63,589 bases of DNA from Thraustochytrium aureum (GCA_012862495.1 BLSG01000227.1:1-63589), one strand, 5' to 3'. Numbered from the stretch's first letter, positions 12,415 to 23,553 are shown. Notes: a model not told the origin generated them from the letters alone. Numbers and translations: made by a program.

Positions 12415-14148
12415 ATGCAGGATGCAGGAGACGACCTTTACGGCGACCATGATGCTAGCTACTCGGCCCAAGACAACCTGCTGCTCGTGCAGGGGCAGGA
12501 GATCGCCGAGGGCGAGCAAGAGACGGACAACTTTGACATTATCTCCTTGCTGTACAATAGCTCAGAAGACGGGAACCTCGATCTGGCTCTTGAAGAGCCG
12601 GATCAAGGTGAGGCCGACGGCGACGCCCGCCCGCGTCGTGATGACGCGCCAACGGGGCGGGCCGAAGGCGAAGGGCCCGCCGGTGCTGCGCGCCGGTTTA
12701 GAGAGCGGCGGTCAAAGCTCGCCAGCGAACTGCGCGAGGCCGCAAAGCGCTTGGAGGAGGAGAAGGCGCACTTCGTGAAGAGAATCGAGGCTCTCCAAGC
12801 AGAGATTCAAGTCCTACGGTCGGTGGGCCACGTGGACCTCGCGCTCGAGAACGAGCTGCTCCGCGCTGACGTTCGTCGTCACAAGGCCCTAATGCGCAGC
12901 CTGGTCGCGGCTGCGAGCCGTGGGCCAGACGTGGGCGCCAGCGAACAGCTGCGGCTCCTCAAAAGCGTGTCGAGAATGTGCCTGTCCCGACTTTTGGGCT
13001 TGGCTCATACAAGCCTGACGCCCGCCTTCACGCCGGGGACAATGCCCAAAGGGCTGCCGCTGACAGACCCGCCAATCTGTCGGTACCAGTACCTCCCGGT
13101 CGGCAGCTCGGCCAGCGATGCGACGCGGCTCAACATCTGGACCCAGTCTTTCATCCCTTTGCCGCAGACGTGCTCCAAAGGGCCTCGCGCGAGGTCCACC
13201 TCACCGACGAGGGCCTCGCGTTGCATTTCGGCCTGTTTTCGCAGCAAAAGGTCGCCCCAAAGGAGTTCTGGACCGAGGCGACCCCACAAGTTCTCCTCGG
13301 ATGGCGATGACCACCATATCCGAGCACACCGCGTGGAGCTCACCTCGAACAGCACCGAGCGCGGACCAGGAGGTGGCCCGCCCAAGAAACGCGGCCGCGG
13401 ACGCCCTCCCAAGGTTCGCCTTGACGTTGAGCCAGAGGCCCCGGAGGTGAAGAAGGTGCAGGAGTTTGTCTGTTTGTCAATAGCAAACTCGGATCAAATA
13501 TGCCCGAGCGCAGTGTATCAGCTATCGCCCGAGGAGCTCGAGCAACTTGGCCAAGCGCCGCGTCGCGCAGAGGTGCTGGTGATCTCCAGCACGGCCACCG
13601 AGACCCTGCAGGAAGCAGGCGTGCTGCACACGCTTCCCGAAGACGTACAGCGTGTAACGAGCCCGTTTTTCCAGGGCCACATCCTCATGCCGCTCACGAA
13701 AAACGGGGTCGCTGGGTGCCTTGGCGCAATCCTCATGTCGTACCCAATCGGCGACTCGCAGTTTGCTAGTATTGCGGGCAACGCCGAGGCGTGCCCAAAG
13801 GTTTCGCCGGAAGGCGTGGTTTCCGACGCGGTGATGGAAGCGCTCGTGCGAATTGGACAGCTGGCCCTCGCTAGGGTATTCGCCAAGTTCCCAACACACC
13901 CTGCCGTGGCTGCGGCAGCTGCGGAACGCTGCTGCTGCAGCAAGGGGGCCTTGACCTGGCTTGCAACGCGACGCGGGAACTTTCCGTTTGCGAGCGAAAG
14001 GAGACCGCCTGGTGCTGGCCTCCCAACGAAAGGAACAGGCAAAGCCCAGTCGCCTCGCCGCTCGCACGTCCGTCAGAGGGACAGTCCTCTCTCGAACGTT
14101 ATGCTTTTTTTTAAACAATCGGGCTGCCACTGTCTAGCGTGGCGCTGA
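12415..14148 (+). CDS. bZIP-like / putative START-like domain family, paralogue C with degenerate basic region and an AT-hook (compensating indels near 13160 and 13285; true stop may be TGA 13952-13954)
   Basis: 'PAGAARRFRERRSK', zipper, 'GHVDLALENELLRADVRRHKAL', 'GLAHTS', 'YQYLPVG', 'RLNIW', 'SYPIGD'; AT-hook 'KKRGRGRPPK' at 13384-13413. Confidence 0.75.
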   Translation: MQDAGDDLYGDHDASYSAQDNLLLVQGQEIAEGEQETDNFDIISLLYNSSEDGNLDLALEEPDQGEADGDARPRRDDAPTGRAEGEGPAGAARRFRERRSKLASELREAAKRLEEEKAHFVKRIEALQAEIQVLRSVGHVDLALENELLRADVRRHKALMRSLVAAASRGPDVGASEQLRLLKSVSRMCLSRLLGLAHTSLTPAFTPGTMPKGLPLTDPPICRYQYLPVGSSASDATRLNIWTQSFIPLPQTCSKGPRARSTSPTRASRCISACFRSKRSPQRSSGPRRPHKFSSDGDDHHIRAHRVELTSNSTERGPGGGPPKKRGRGRPPKVRLDVEPEAPEVKKVQEFVCLSIANSDQICPSAVYQLSPEELEQLGQAPRRAEVLVISSTATETLQEAGVLHTLPEDVQRVTSPFFQGHILMPLTKNGVAGCLGAILMSYPIGDSQFASIAGNAEACPKVSPEGVVSDAVMEALVRIGQLALARVFAKFPTHPAVAAAAAERCCCSKGALTWLATRRGNFPFASERRPPGAGLPTKGTGKAQSPRRSHVRQRDSPLSNVMLFFKQSGCHCLAWR

Positions 14149-16067
14149 GGCCTCTCCCAGAAAAGCCATGCGAAACTGCCGATCGATCTTGGCTTCGTAC
14201 TTGCTGTCCATTCGGCCCTCCTCGTCAAAACTCGGCACCTGCTTGCCAGATATTCCCACGTACCCGAGGTCGCCGATCGGATACGAACCCACGACGACGA
14301 CATGGCACCGTTCCTGGTCGCCCTCCTTGGGCATGATGATCGTCCCCAAAAGCTGCTGCGACTCGAGGCGCGAAGGGGCCGCGCCGGCGCCGACCGGGGC
14401 CAGCACCTTGGAGGAGGAAGAGGTCTGCACTGAAACGAGCGCCTCAACTGCGGCGTCCTGGCCGCGAAACGAGGGCCAGTTGTGCCACAGCGCAGAGGGG
14501 TGGACCTTGGTTGACTTGTACGAAGTGATGTAAATGGCCTCGTGGTCGCCATCCACCCCCGTTGTGGCCCCGCCCGACGCCTTGGAGCTCACAAGCCTTA
14601 TGACGCGGATGTCTTGCGGTTCACTCGCCTCGGCGCTTGTCGAGCCCTCCGTTCCAGTTCGGTTTTGCTCCAGATTGCTAACGTTCTGGGGGAAGACAGG
14701 CTGGACCCTGCGCTCGCACGCCGCCTCTTGGCGAAACGACTCATACATGCGGTTGAGGTGCTCGGTGTTGCTGTAGAGGTACATGGTGCGTTCGTTGAAG
14801 CGCTGCATGTTGAGCGGAAAGTCCTTGAGCTCGATTCTGATGTTGAGGCGCGTGGCTTTGCTGCGTGGCACGCCCGCGGGCAAGTACACGAACTTCACGG
14901 GGAGGTGGTGTTCGCCCACCCGGATCGGCTGGCCCTCTTGCCAGGTCGGGTCGCTCGCGCTCGTATGCCCAACCCCACCGTTTGCCCCACGCCTGCTTCG
15001 ATGCCCTGGCGCAAGACGTGGCGCGCGGCCTCGATCGAAGTGGTCTCGTCGTCTGCCATACTGATCACGTTCTCAATGAACGCCTTGTGCTTGCGGATCT
15101 CAGCCCGAAGGAGTTCGTTCTCCATGGAGAGGTCGACGTGGCCGCCGCCTCGCATTACTTGGGCCTGCTGCTGAAGCTCGGCAATTCGTTTCAGGTACAT
15201 GCTTCGCTCCTTTTCAAGCTGCTCGTTTGCCTCTTCCAGCATCGCGCGCTTGCGCTTCTCCCGCTCGCGGTACGCCTTGCATGCCTTGATGTTCTTTTCT
15301 GGAGGCTTGTTCTTCTTTCGCCTCCGTCTTGCGCTTGCCCCAGACCCTGGCTCAACGTGGGGAGCGCCTTCGGAACCTTGCCGCTCCAAAAACTCCCCGT
15401 CCGCCGAGTGGCTGCTTTGGCTTCCTGCGCCGCTGCCCATTGCACTGTGTGACTCTACAAGCAAACGGCGCTCCTGCGCGCTCTGCGCGGGCGGCACTTT
15501 CGCGTACTCGAGCGTCGCGCCGCTACTATGGGGAAGCGCAGCGAATGGGCGCTGCGCCTCTGTGTGGTGCTCTTGTGCGGGCACGCCGGCGGGCCCTGGC
15601 AGCAGTGCGGCGCTTTGCGGGCCTGTAGAGAAACGCGACGGCTCGCTCCACCCTCGCTCGATCTTGACGGTGTCGTCCATGCTAAAACTAGAATGCTCTT
15701 GCCCGGAGAACTCGGGCGCGCTCGGACCGTACTGCTCGCTCCCATGGCTTGAAGACGCGGGGGAGTCGCCTGGGCCGTACACTTTCGCCTGCCACTCGTT
15801 CTCAAACCAGTACCCGCCATAAGCAACCACGCCGGGCGCGTCCCACACGTCTCCCGTCGCCGGGTTGTACCTCCGACTTTGTCGCGCGGGAGCAGCCCCG
15901 TGCCGGTCGTCAGGCTGCAAGGCCACTGGGTGAGGCTGCGGCCACAGCGCTTCCGGGGCGTGCCCGTCGGCACCACCCACCGCTCCTGGTCCCGTCGTGC
16001 TGAACACGCGCTCCGTCTTGGCCTCCACCGGGGCCGCCCTCGCGTACCCCGCGCTCCACGCGTCCAT
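14134..16067 (-). CDS. bZIP-like / putative START-like domain family, paralogue D (one indel near 14967)
   Basis: 'NIKACKAYREREKRKRAMLEEANEQLEKERSMYLKRIAELQQQ', 'GGHVDLSMENELLRAEIRKHKAF', then 'TSASDPTW', 'FVYLPAG', 'RLNIRIE', 'SYPIGD'; long P/S/A-rich N-terminus. Confidence 0.8.
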
Positions 16068-16100
16068 CGCGGCACGCACCAGGCCAGCCAAGGCAGTGAG

Positions 16101-16131
16101 TGAGTCAGTGAGTCAGTGAGTCAGTGAGTCA
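16101..16131. promoter_or_regulatory. Four tandem TGAGTCA (AP-1/GCN4-type) motifs 34 bp 5' of the paralogue D ATG; putative bZIP binding sites
   Basis: TGAGTCA at 16101, 16109, 16117 and 16125 (8-bp period). Regulatory function is inferred. Confidence 0.4.
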
Positions 16132-19100
16132 GTGAGCGGCTGGCCGCTCGGGAAGAAGACGTAACGCCCCGCCCCGTCGCCGACCTGCCTGGGTCCCGCC
16201 AGACCAGAGTGTCCCGGGAGGCAGGCGGGGTCCCGGGAGACAGACGGTCCCGGGAGTCGCGCGCGCGGCACCGTCCCCCTGGTGCTGGAGCTGGCGCTCC
16301 TCCCGGCGCTACTGCTGAAACACCCCGGCAGATGCGGATCTGCTCGCTCGCTCGCTCGCTAGCTCGCTCGCTTCCGGGCGCGATGGCCCCGGCACGGGCG
16401 CGCGCGCACGGCCTGGCGCAGCTGCTGCCGCAACGCGGGCGCGGGAGGGCGCTTGCTGTGCGCGGGAGGGGCAGCCAAGCTNNNNNNNNNNNNNNNNNNN
16501 NNNNNNNNNNNNNNNNNNNNNNNNNNNNNNNNNNNNNNNNNNNNNNNNNNNNNNNNNNNNNNNNNNNNNNNNNNNNNNNNNNNNNNNNNNNNNNNNNNNN
16601 NNNNNNNNNNNNNNNNNNNNNNNNNNNNNNNNNNNNNNNNNNNNNNNNNNNNNNNNNNNNNNNNNNNNNNNNNNNNNNNNNNNNNNNNNNNNNNNNNNNN
16701 NNNNNNNNNNNNNNNNNNNNNNNNNNNNNNNNNNNNNNNNNNNNNNNCCTCTCCCACCCGCCGCCTCGGGCGCGCGCGGGCTCTCGCTGTCAGCTTTCAG
16801 CGGCCTGCGCGTAGATGCGCTGCGGAGAGGCGGGTGGGACCTGCTGCGGTGCGTGGGCGCGGGGTGCTCGTGGAGGGGTTGCGTCTAACGCGGCGACGGC
16901 CAGGCCAGGTCGCCGCGGTGCGCGCTTGGCCAACCGCCGCGGCTCCTGCTCGCCCTTCATTGCCGAGGCAGATGTGTTGGGTCAGGGCGGGCTCTGGTTG
17001 GCTCTGGCCGCGGCGGGCCCTGCCACTGGTGACGGGCGCTTGCCAAGGAACAAACGCGCTCTTGTAATACCACTCCGCGCGCCTAGGTCGCCTTGGTGCC
17101 GTTCGTCGTGGCTGCCGCGCGCCGCCTGGCTTTGCTACTACGGCCATCGCAGCCAATCGTGTGGCCCGGAGTACTGGCTGAGGCGCCCTGGCCCGGCCAC
17201 AGCTGCACCACAGGTGCCGTGTCGGACCTGGCGCTTGCTCGGTGGTCATCGTGGTCGGGCGCCCCCCTGGGTCAAGGCCGCTGCCATTGCGCTGCCACTT
17301 GTTTGAGTTGAGCTCGGGCCCGGCTCCGACAGAAGCCAACCCGGCGCAGACATGAGCGACCTCGCGCCAAGCGCCTGCCAACCGGTAGTCCGTTCCATCG
17401 AGGCGCGACTCTCGTCCGGTCTCGGCGCTCGTCTTGCCTGTCCTGCTCGGTGTCGATGGCTTGTCGGCAACACGGCGCTCTTGAATGTGGCAGCAACCAC
17501 CAACCCTTGGTGTCGTGTCCAGCGACGATACGGACGACCCAGTACGATGCCTCTGTGAGCCCCGGCGGCTCTTGCCGTTTCCACCTCCTTCCCCACTTGT
17601 TGTATGGACGACCATCCAAGAGTCACTGATTTGAGCTCGGTGTGGAGGCTGTTCGGACTGCGAGTTCTCCTCGGCAGATTCAGAGTCCGGTGTCACGAGT
17701 CCATCCTCGGGTGTCGGAGCCTACTTCCCACCGTGACGGCACGAACGCCAAAGCATCTGCTTTGGTTTGTGCCGGGCTACGCTCACACCTCCTCATAAAG
17801 GTACTTGACCTCCTGGGGCTCTGAGAGCCTCCAAGTTGTGACGAGTCCAGGATGCGAACCGATAGCGCCAGGAATTCTCTCGTCAGGGCCTTGTGGATCG
17901 ACGTCCACAGCTCTTCCCGCTGCAACATCGGAGTAATTGGGAGCTTTTCGTGCTCTACCGTGCATTCAACGGCGTCCATTCCGCACATCGACAAGACTGG
18001 CATGAGAGATGGGATTACTCCGGCGCTGGGTGGTGAAGTAGCCGGTCGGAGTACGGAAGTTCGTTGAGGCCGAGGAAGCCACTCGACCCGTTCGAAAGAA
18101 GTGGGTGGCATCACGCGGGAGGCCCTCTGCAGAGCTCCGAAGAGCGAGGGCTTGGCAACCGGAATACCCGGGCTTGCGTGGTAGAAGTAGGTGGCAGCGC
18201 CAGGTCGACACGGAAAATCATCCAACCCGTAGCTTTGGCATGGCCCTCCTGTTGCAGCGCTCGCGATTCCAGTGGTTGGCAGGGCCGTGAAAGCGGAGCC
18301 AATTGACAGCGCCTCCCTCATCAAGACACGTTGCCGGCAAGAACGCCGCCTCACTGCAAGCCGGGTGGCGCCCACTCAAGCTGGACGTTGGCGGCCGTGG
18401 CGATGCTCGGTGTTTGGCTCTTGACGCGGCTTTCATCAACGTTTCTGGCTATTTCGCCTCCGAAGGACCGAAGCGCAACTTGAAGAGCGAGGGGTCCCTG
18501 AGCCACTCACCGTCATGATCGCCTGCCTCGACTGGCCCTGGAGCGTGCCTTGACTCGCGCAGTACCCCGCCCTGAAGAGCGCCTTGCCTCGCACAGCCAC
18601 AGCCTTCCGCCCCGAGGAGTACGAAAAACCGACGTGAAGCTGACGGCACGACGACGACATGGCTGCTTTCGGCGCATGGTCGCGGTGACCGATGCTCCGC
18701 GTGTCTCAGCAAACCCAATCCTTGCCGAGACAGCGGCAGAGGACCTCTAGAGCCAGCAGCTTTCAAGAGGGCCGAGAGCCCAAGACTCGGCCTGGCCGGC
18801 CGTCGACTGTCCCGCAAACAACCTAGCGAACCGCATCAGNNNNNNNNNNNNNNNNNNNNNNNNNNNNNNNNNNNNNNNNNNNNNNNNNNNNNNNNNNNNN
18901 NNNNNNNNNNNNNNNNNNNNNNNNNNNNNNNNNNNNNNNNNNNNNNNNNNNNNNNNCCCGCAAACAACCTCTAGCTAGCGAACCGCATCAGCACCTGTTG
19001 GTACCAAATGCGAGCAACACGCGAGCGACACTCTGCGCAGGCCCCGCCCGTTCGATCCCTGCGTGGCGTGGTCCACTCTGCACGACTTTGACGCGCTCGA

Positions 19101-20948
19101 GCTGCCCAGGCTGGCGCCAGGCAGCGGCGCTTGCTGCTCAAGCGCGACGCCAGGGAGGAAAATCCCTGTAGTTGCACCCAGCTAGTCGTGCTCCCGCTTT
19201 GCCGTCACCACTCGTCGTTGGGGAAGAGGTAGGGGGTTCGTTCGGGCTGGTTTCTGTTGGCTCGCAAACGAAACTGGAGGGCGCGACGGTTCTCATTCCA
19301 AGTGCGATCAATTTCACCAGGTTGCTCTTCGCTCTCGGGGCTCGGGGAGCGAGACGCAGCGAGAGTCCATGATGGCGCCAGCCATCTCTTCGTTGCACTG
19401 ACCCAAACTCTTGAGATTGAGCGCCGTTGTCGGCCAGTACTGAAGGTGGGCGTTAGGCCTGCCTGCGCGCGAACCACTCGGGGCTCGCGTGCCTCCGTGA
19501 TGCCCTCGAGTCCATTTCCGTCCTGCGAAGGACTTTTCGGACTTTTCGTGGCCGACCTCATCAGTATAAGCGGGGAGCAGACCGTTGATGTGGCCCAGTC
19601 TGAAGAGTACTCTCGTAAGTATCGTAAGTAGAGAGAGAGTGAGAGGCCGCAAGCAAGCAAGCAAGCAAGCAAGCCAGCACAGTGGCAGAGCAGCGGAAGC
19701 CGTCGCGGTTCACAGAGGATCTACCTACCTGCCTACGCCAATGCCTGTTCCGCTTGGCGCGAGACCAACAGCGGGTCCCCCCGTGGTCTCACAACTGTTT
19801 GCCGCACGCCGTGCGTCTTGAGCCCAATTCTCCCAAGAGCCTTCCCAACTTTCGCCGTGCCCTCTGTCGGTTTGGCCCGTGGCGCTCAAGCGCACGACAA
19901 AAAGGCAAGCTACGCTGCTTCCCTATACAGTTTTTTGTAGCCATGTAGCCGGAGAGGGGGTAATTGTGGAGAGGCCGCGGTCAAGAGCCGCCTCCCTGCA
20001 ACGGGCAGCGAAGGAGGTGGGAGAAAACAGAACCGCCCCTTCCCCCTCCCGCGCTCCTTCCTCCTCCCTAGTAGACGCTAGTTGGCGGCGTTGAGAATGC
20101 AAGTGTCGCTAAAGGTGCGCCCAAGCAGGCGCCGCTGGCGGAGCAGCAGACACCCCACTTGCGGTCGCTCGGCGACTGCAGGAGCGGCGAGAGCGGCGCG
20201 CGGCAGCCGCAGTGAGCAGCCCAGGCGACTCGGCTTGCTCGGGCAGACCTGCCGGCCCGCCTGCCGGCGTCGGGCGGACGTCTGAGCGAGTGGGCTTGGT
20301 GCCGCTTGACGGGTCGCGCCGCCAGGTACCCGCTGGAGCCTTTGGCGTCGCCGAGCTCGCTGCGGTGAGCTGCCGCGCAACGGCGATTGGAATTCCCTGC
20401 TGGGGAAGATAGTAGAGCTTGTGGCGGCGTTGGAGGCGGCCGGCCGCTGCTGCAGGCAGCCGAGGGACGGTCGGGCCTTCGCCGGGCTTGCACCGCCAAG
20501 GGGCCCACGCTAGCCTCCCGTGCCGCGGTGCGGCTTGGCGAGAGGCCATCCACAACGCAACGTCACAAGAAGGAGGGGTCGACCCGCCGACCCATCTGTG
20601 GTGCGGCCAGCGCGAGCNNNNNNNNNNNNNNNNNNNNNNNNNNNNNNNNNNNNNNNNNNNNNNNNNNNNNNNNNNNNNNNNNNNNNNNNNNNNNNNNNNN
20701 NNNNNNNNNNNNNNNNNNNNNNNNNNNNNNNNNNNNNNNNNNNNNNNNNNNNNNNNNNNNNNNNNNNNNNNNNNNNNNNNNNNNNNNNNNNNNNNNNNNN
20801 NNNNNNNNNNNNNNNNNNNNNNNNNNNNNNNNNNNNNNNNNNNNNNNNNNNNNNNNNNNNNNNNNNNNNNNNNNNNNNNNNNNNNNNNNNNNNNNNNNNN
20901 NNNNNNNNNNNNNNNNNNNNNNNNNNNNNNNNNNNNNNNNNNNNNNNN

Positions 20949-22696
20949 ACGGGAGCGGCAGCGGGTCGCCGCCAAAACGACAGCGAATCGACTTGGACGG
21001 CCCAGAGTGGGACGAGCCTGGAAGTCTCGTCGGGCCGGCCTCCAAACAAATGTGGATGAGCTCGTCTGAGCTAGCGGCGAGCGCAGCCCTCGGGGCCACC
21101 TATGTGCACAACGGGGTCTTCCTCACGCCAAGGCTGCCGATGTACGACGGGCCTGGCTCTGCAGCACTCCGTTCCCACCCCTCGGGACGGTTTGCAGGAG
21201 CCTACTCCGGACAGAACCAGCCGCCTGGCACGAACCACATATCGCAGGCTGCCGCTCCACAGGGCGAGTCTTTCTCGCTCGGCCCAGACAGCGCCAGCCG
21301 CTCTCAAAAGCGCAGGCCTTCTGACGCGACCACCATGTCGGTAGCTGCAGCGTCAGCGGCTGCAAAACCCAAGGGGGTCAGCCGCGCCCCGTCGCTGCAG
21401 CGCATCGACAGCGAGACGAGGTCTGCCAGCGAGTCGGGCGGCTTTGCGGCCAGTAGGAACGCCGAGCAGTGCCGCAAGTTCCGGGAGCGCCGAAAGCGAA
21501 AAGATGGCAGAGCTCCGCTTGCGCAACGCGCAGCTAGAGCGCGAGCGGGACCTTTATATGACTCGCATCGCCAACCTGCTCAACCAAGTTCAGGTACTTC
21601 GCGGTGGGGGCCACGTGGACCTCGAGCTTGAGAACAAGCTCTTGCGAGCGGAGATCCGCAAGCACAAGCTCTTCGTGGAACAGATCCGCGCTGTGGCAGA
21701 GCAAGCGGACGAGATTCAGTTCGACGAGCGCAATCGTCTGCTCGAGACAGGCATTGACGCTGGTGTTGGCCAAACGTTGGGCTTGGCATACACCAGCAAT
21801 ATTGACTCGACGTGGCGCGTTGGCCAGGCGGTCGACTTGGGCTTCGGTATTTCTCTCAAGCTAAAGTACCAGTACCTCCCGCCCGGGGTAGAGCGCGCGC
21901 AAGCCAAGCGCCTCAATGTCCGCTTCGAGTCTGTCTCGTTCCCCTGCACCTACCAAAGCATGAGCGAGCAGATCAGCAAGACACTCTCCGACCAGCAATA
22001 CCTCAACGGGCTCTTCGACAAGTTCGCGAAAGCGGAGGGCAAGTCGGCCAAGGACCTGCACGCGGAGGAGGTCCTCGCTCAACCGGGTGACTTGCACAAC
22101 GCGGGCGGGATCCGCCTTATCCGCGTCTCAACGGCCAGCGCCTCGAGCAAAGCCAATTACGGGACTGCGCACGCCCCCTGGGCGGGCGAGGAGGGCGGCG
22201 GCGGCGGCAGCGGCGGCGGCGGCGGCGGGAACGACGACAACGCCGCACTTCGGCCGGATCTGCTGTACATGACCGCTTCAAAGAAGGTTACAGTGTACCC
22301 CTCCTCCGTCTCGTGCGAGACCCCTGCAGGGCTCGGCCCGAGGGATGCCATGGTGATTGTCAAGACGACATCGCAGACCATCCAAAAAGAGGAAGCCGAA
22401 ACGCTCTCTCAGAGACCGTGCAAGCCGCCCTGGGCGGCAAGGAGACCATCGAGAATGCTCTCCTCATTGGTACGATAGTGTGGGAGCACGAGCGCAGCCC
22501 AGCGTTTTGCCGAGGTGTCACTGTGGCCTCCTATCCAATCGGTTCAACTGCGTTCAAGCGTCTTTATGGGGCTTGGTGCCCTACCTTTGACGATAACGGT
22601 GGGCTTGACGACGAGTTTCTGCGGCTGCTCCGCGTCCAGTACACGTCAGGGTTTCAACCTCTGCTGCCGGTGACAACTGCAAACCACAATTCCTAA
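20949..22696 (+). CDS. bZIP-like / putative START-like domain family, paralogue E (5' end in gap; indels near 21500 and 22425)
   Basis: 'SRNAEQCRKFRERRKRK', 'MAELRLRNAQLERERDLYMTRIANLLNQV', 'GGHVDLELENKLLRAEIRKHKLF', 'GLAYTSNIDSTW', 'YQYLPPG', 'RLNVRFE', 'SYPIG'. Confidence 0.8.
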
Positions 22697-23105
22697 AACT
22701 GCTACAGTGGAGGTGCCAGCCCGCCTCAAGTGCCAACCCGACGGTGAGGGTGGGGATGCATGGCGAGCCGCGGTGGGGGTGGCCGTCTGTCGGGCAAGGG
22801 CGTGCCATGGTTGGCCCAGTTGCGCTCCCTCTCGTCAGAGCGGCCTGACCTCATTGCGGCGTTCTGGCAGCGTCCAGGTCTCCGCCGGCTCTGGAATCTG
22901 GCCTACCTAGGTACCAGCTGAATTGCTTTTTTTTTTCAAACTTCTTTCCACCGCCATGGATGGCAACCATGGCACTGCAGCGCGCGACGAGGTTGCCGTT
23001 CCCTCGGGCTGGTTGTCTTCTGGGACGATCGAAGTAAACCGGATTGATCTATAAACCAGGGTGACTGTCCTCCCCAACCAGACGGAGATGAAATCGGTTC
23101 GCAGT

Positions 23106-23178
23106 TCTTCCGTAGCTCAGCTGGTAGAGCATTCGGCTGTTAACCGAAAGGTCTAGGGTTCGAACCCCTGCGGAAGAA
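23106..23178 (+). tRNA. trnN-GUU: tRNA-Asn (GTT), intronless
   Basis: Cloverleaf: acceptor TCTTCCG/CGGAAGA, D stem GCTC/GAGC, anticodon stem TTCGG-CTGTTAA-CCGAA, T arm TAGGG-TTCGAAC-CCCTG. Confidence 0.95.
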
Positions 23179-23181
23179 ACC

Positions 23182-23187
23182 TTTTTT
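23182..23187 (+). terminator. RNA Pol III terminator (T6) after tRNA-Asn
   Basis: TTTTTT starting 4 nt after the discriminator base. Confidence 0.75.
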
Positions 23188-23553
23188 GCTTCTCTTTTAN
23201 NNNNNNNNNNNNNNNNNNNNNNNNNNNNNNNNNNNNNNNNNNNNNNNNNNNNNNNNNNNNNNNNNNNNNNNNNNNNNNNNNNNNNNNNNNNNNNNNNNNN
23301 NNNNNNNNNNNNNNNNNNNNNNNNNNNNNNNNNNNNNNNNNNNNNNNNNNNNNNNNNNNNNNNNNNNNNNNNNNNNNNNNNNNNNNNNNNNNNNNNNNNN
23401 NNNNNNNNNNNNNNNNNNNNNNNNNNNNNNNNNNNNNNNNNNNNNNNNNNNNNNNNNNNNNNNNNNNNNNNNNNNNTTGCTCCGTGTCAAACGCTTGCTC
23501 AGTTTCAAACGCGTGCTCAAGCACTTGCTTTTTTGGTACTGTACTTTTGGAAC

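Noticed and set aside
18811..18990. Direct repeat CCGCAAACAACCT..AGCGAACCGCATCAG on both sides of an N gap (possible TSD or LTR)
   Set aside because: It sits exactly at both contig ends, typical of an unmerged overlap or allelic indel.
17680..19672. ORFs of 231 aa and 155 aa as possible extra cluster members or a transposase
   Set aside because: They lack the family motifs and any DDE, RT or integrase signature.
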